A program made the translations under genes and the position numbers. This document shows, piece after piece, positions 63,591-64,000 of a stretch of 64,000 nt of DNA (positions within the stretch are counted from its first letter, which is position 1; each line of letters begins with the position of its first letter). The DNA comes from Scyliorhinus canicula (taxonomy: Eukaryota). A model generated the notes under the pieces. That model had not been told where the DNA came from and searched no databases. It saw only the letters and a program-made list of their open reading frames with translations. The stretch spans positions 151,158,804 through 151,222,803 of the forward strand of contig NC_052156.1 of the NCBI RefSeq assembly GCF_902713615.1, in the 5' to 3' direction.

Positions 63591-63903
63591 GGCCTCACGG
63601 TAGCATGGTGGTTAGCATCAATGCTTCACAGCTCCAGGGTCCCAGGTTCGATTCCCAGCTGGGTCACTGTCTGTGTGGAGTCTGCACGTCCTCCCTGTGT
63701 GTGCGTGGGTTTCCTCCGGGTGCTCCGGTTTCCTCCCACAGTCCAAAGATGTGCGGGTTAGGTGGATTGGCCATGCTAAATTGCCCGTAGTGTAAGGTTA
63801 ATGGGGGGATTGTTGGGATACGGGTTACGTGGGTTTAAGTAGGGTGATCATTGCTCGGCACAACATCGAGGGCCGAAGGGCCTGTTCTGTGCTGTACTGT
63901 TCT
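63591..63903 (+). mobile_element. HE1-like SINE
   Basis: Same body and CR1-type tail as 3713-4061. Confidence 0.9.
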
Positions 63904-64000
63904 AAGCTTCTAAGCTATGCTTGAAGACCCAAACATAGATTGTTTTCATAGGGGGCGGCACAATTGCACATTGGTTAGCACTGCCTCTCGGCACCGAGGA

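Overview
Repeat-rich vertebrate genomic DNA, not prokaryotic. The tRNA-derived SINEs sharing a CR1 3' tail (HE1/HER1-like pairing) point to an elasmobranch (shark); this is inference. Most of the window is transposon debris: L1 and Tx1-like, CR1, Rex1/Babar-like, Gypsy/ERV, hAT, and PIF/Harbinger MITEs and remnants. One host gene can be assembled by hand on the + strand from four phase-1 exons: leader 33554-33602, V domain with germline-joined J-like strand 34521-34880, C1 domain 38769-39080, transmembrane 57647-57754. It encodes a non-rearranging VJ-C1-TM immunoglobulin-superfamily receptor of at least 276 aa; its cytoplasmic exon(s) are unresolved. The 18.5-kb C1-TM intron holds a near-perfect ~700-bp inverted repeat, a nearly intact CR1 RT, an ERV integrase remnant and a full-length antisense L1 with target-site duplication. 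All coordinates and family calls come from manual reading; no database searches or alignments were run.
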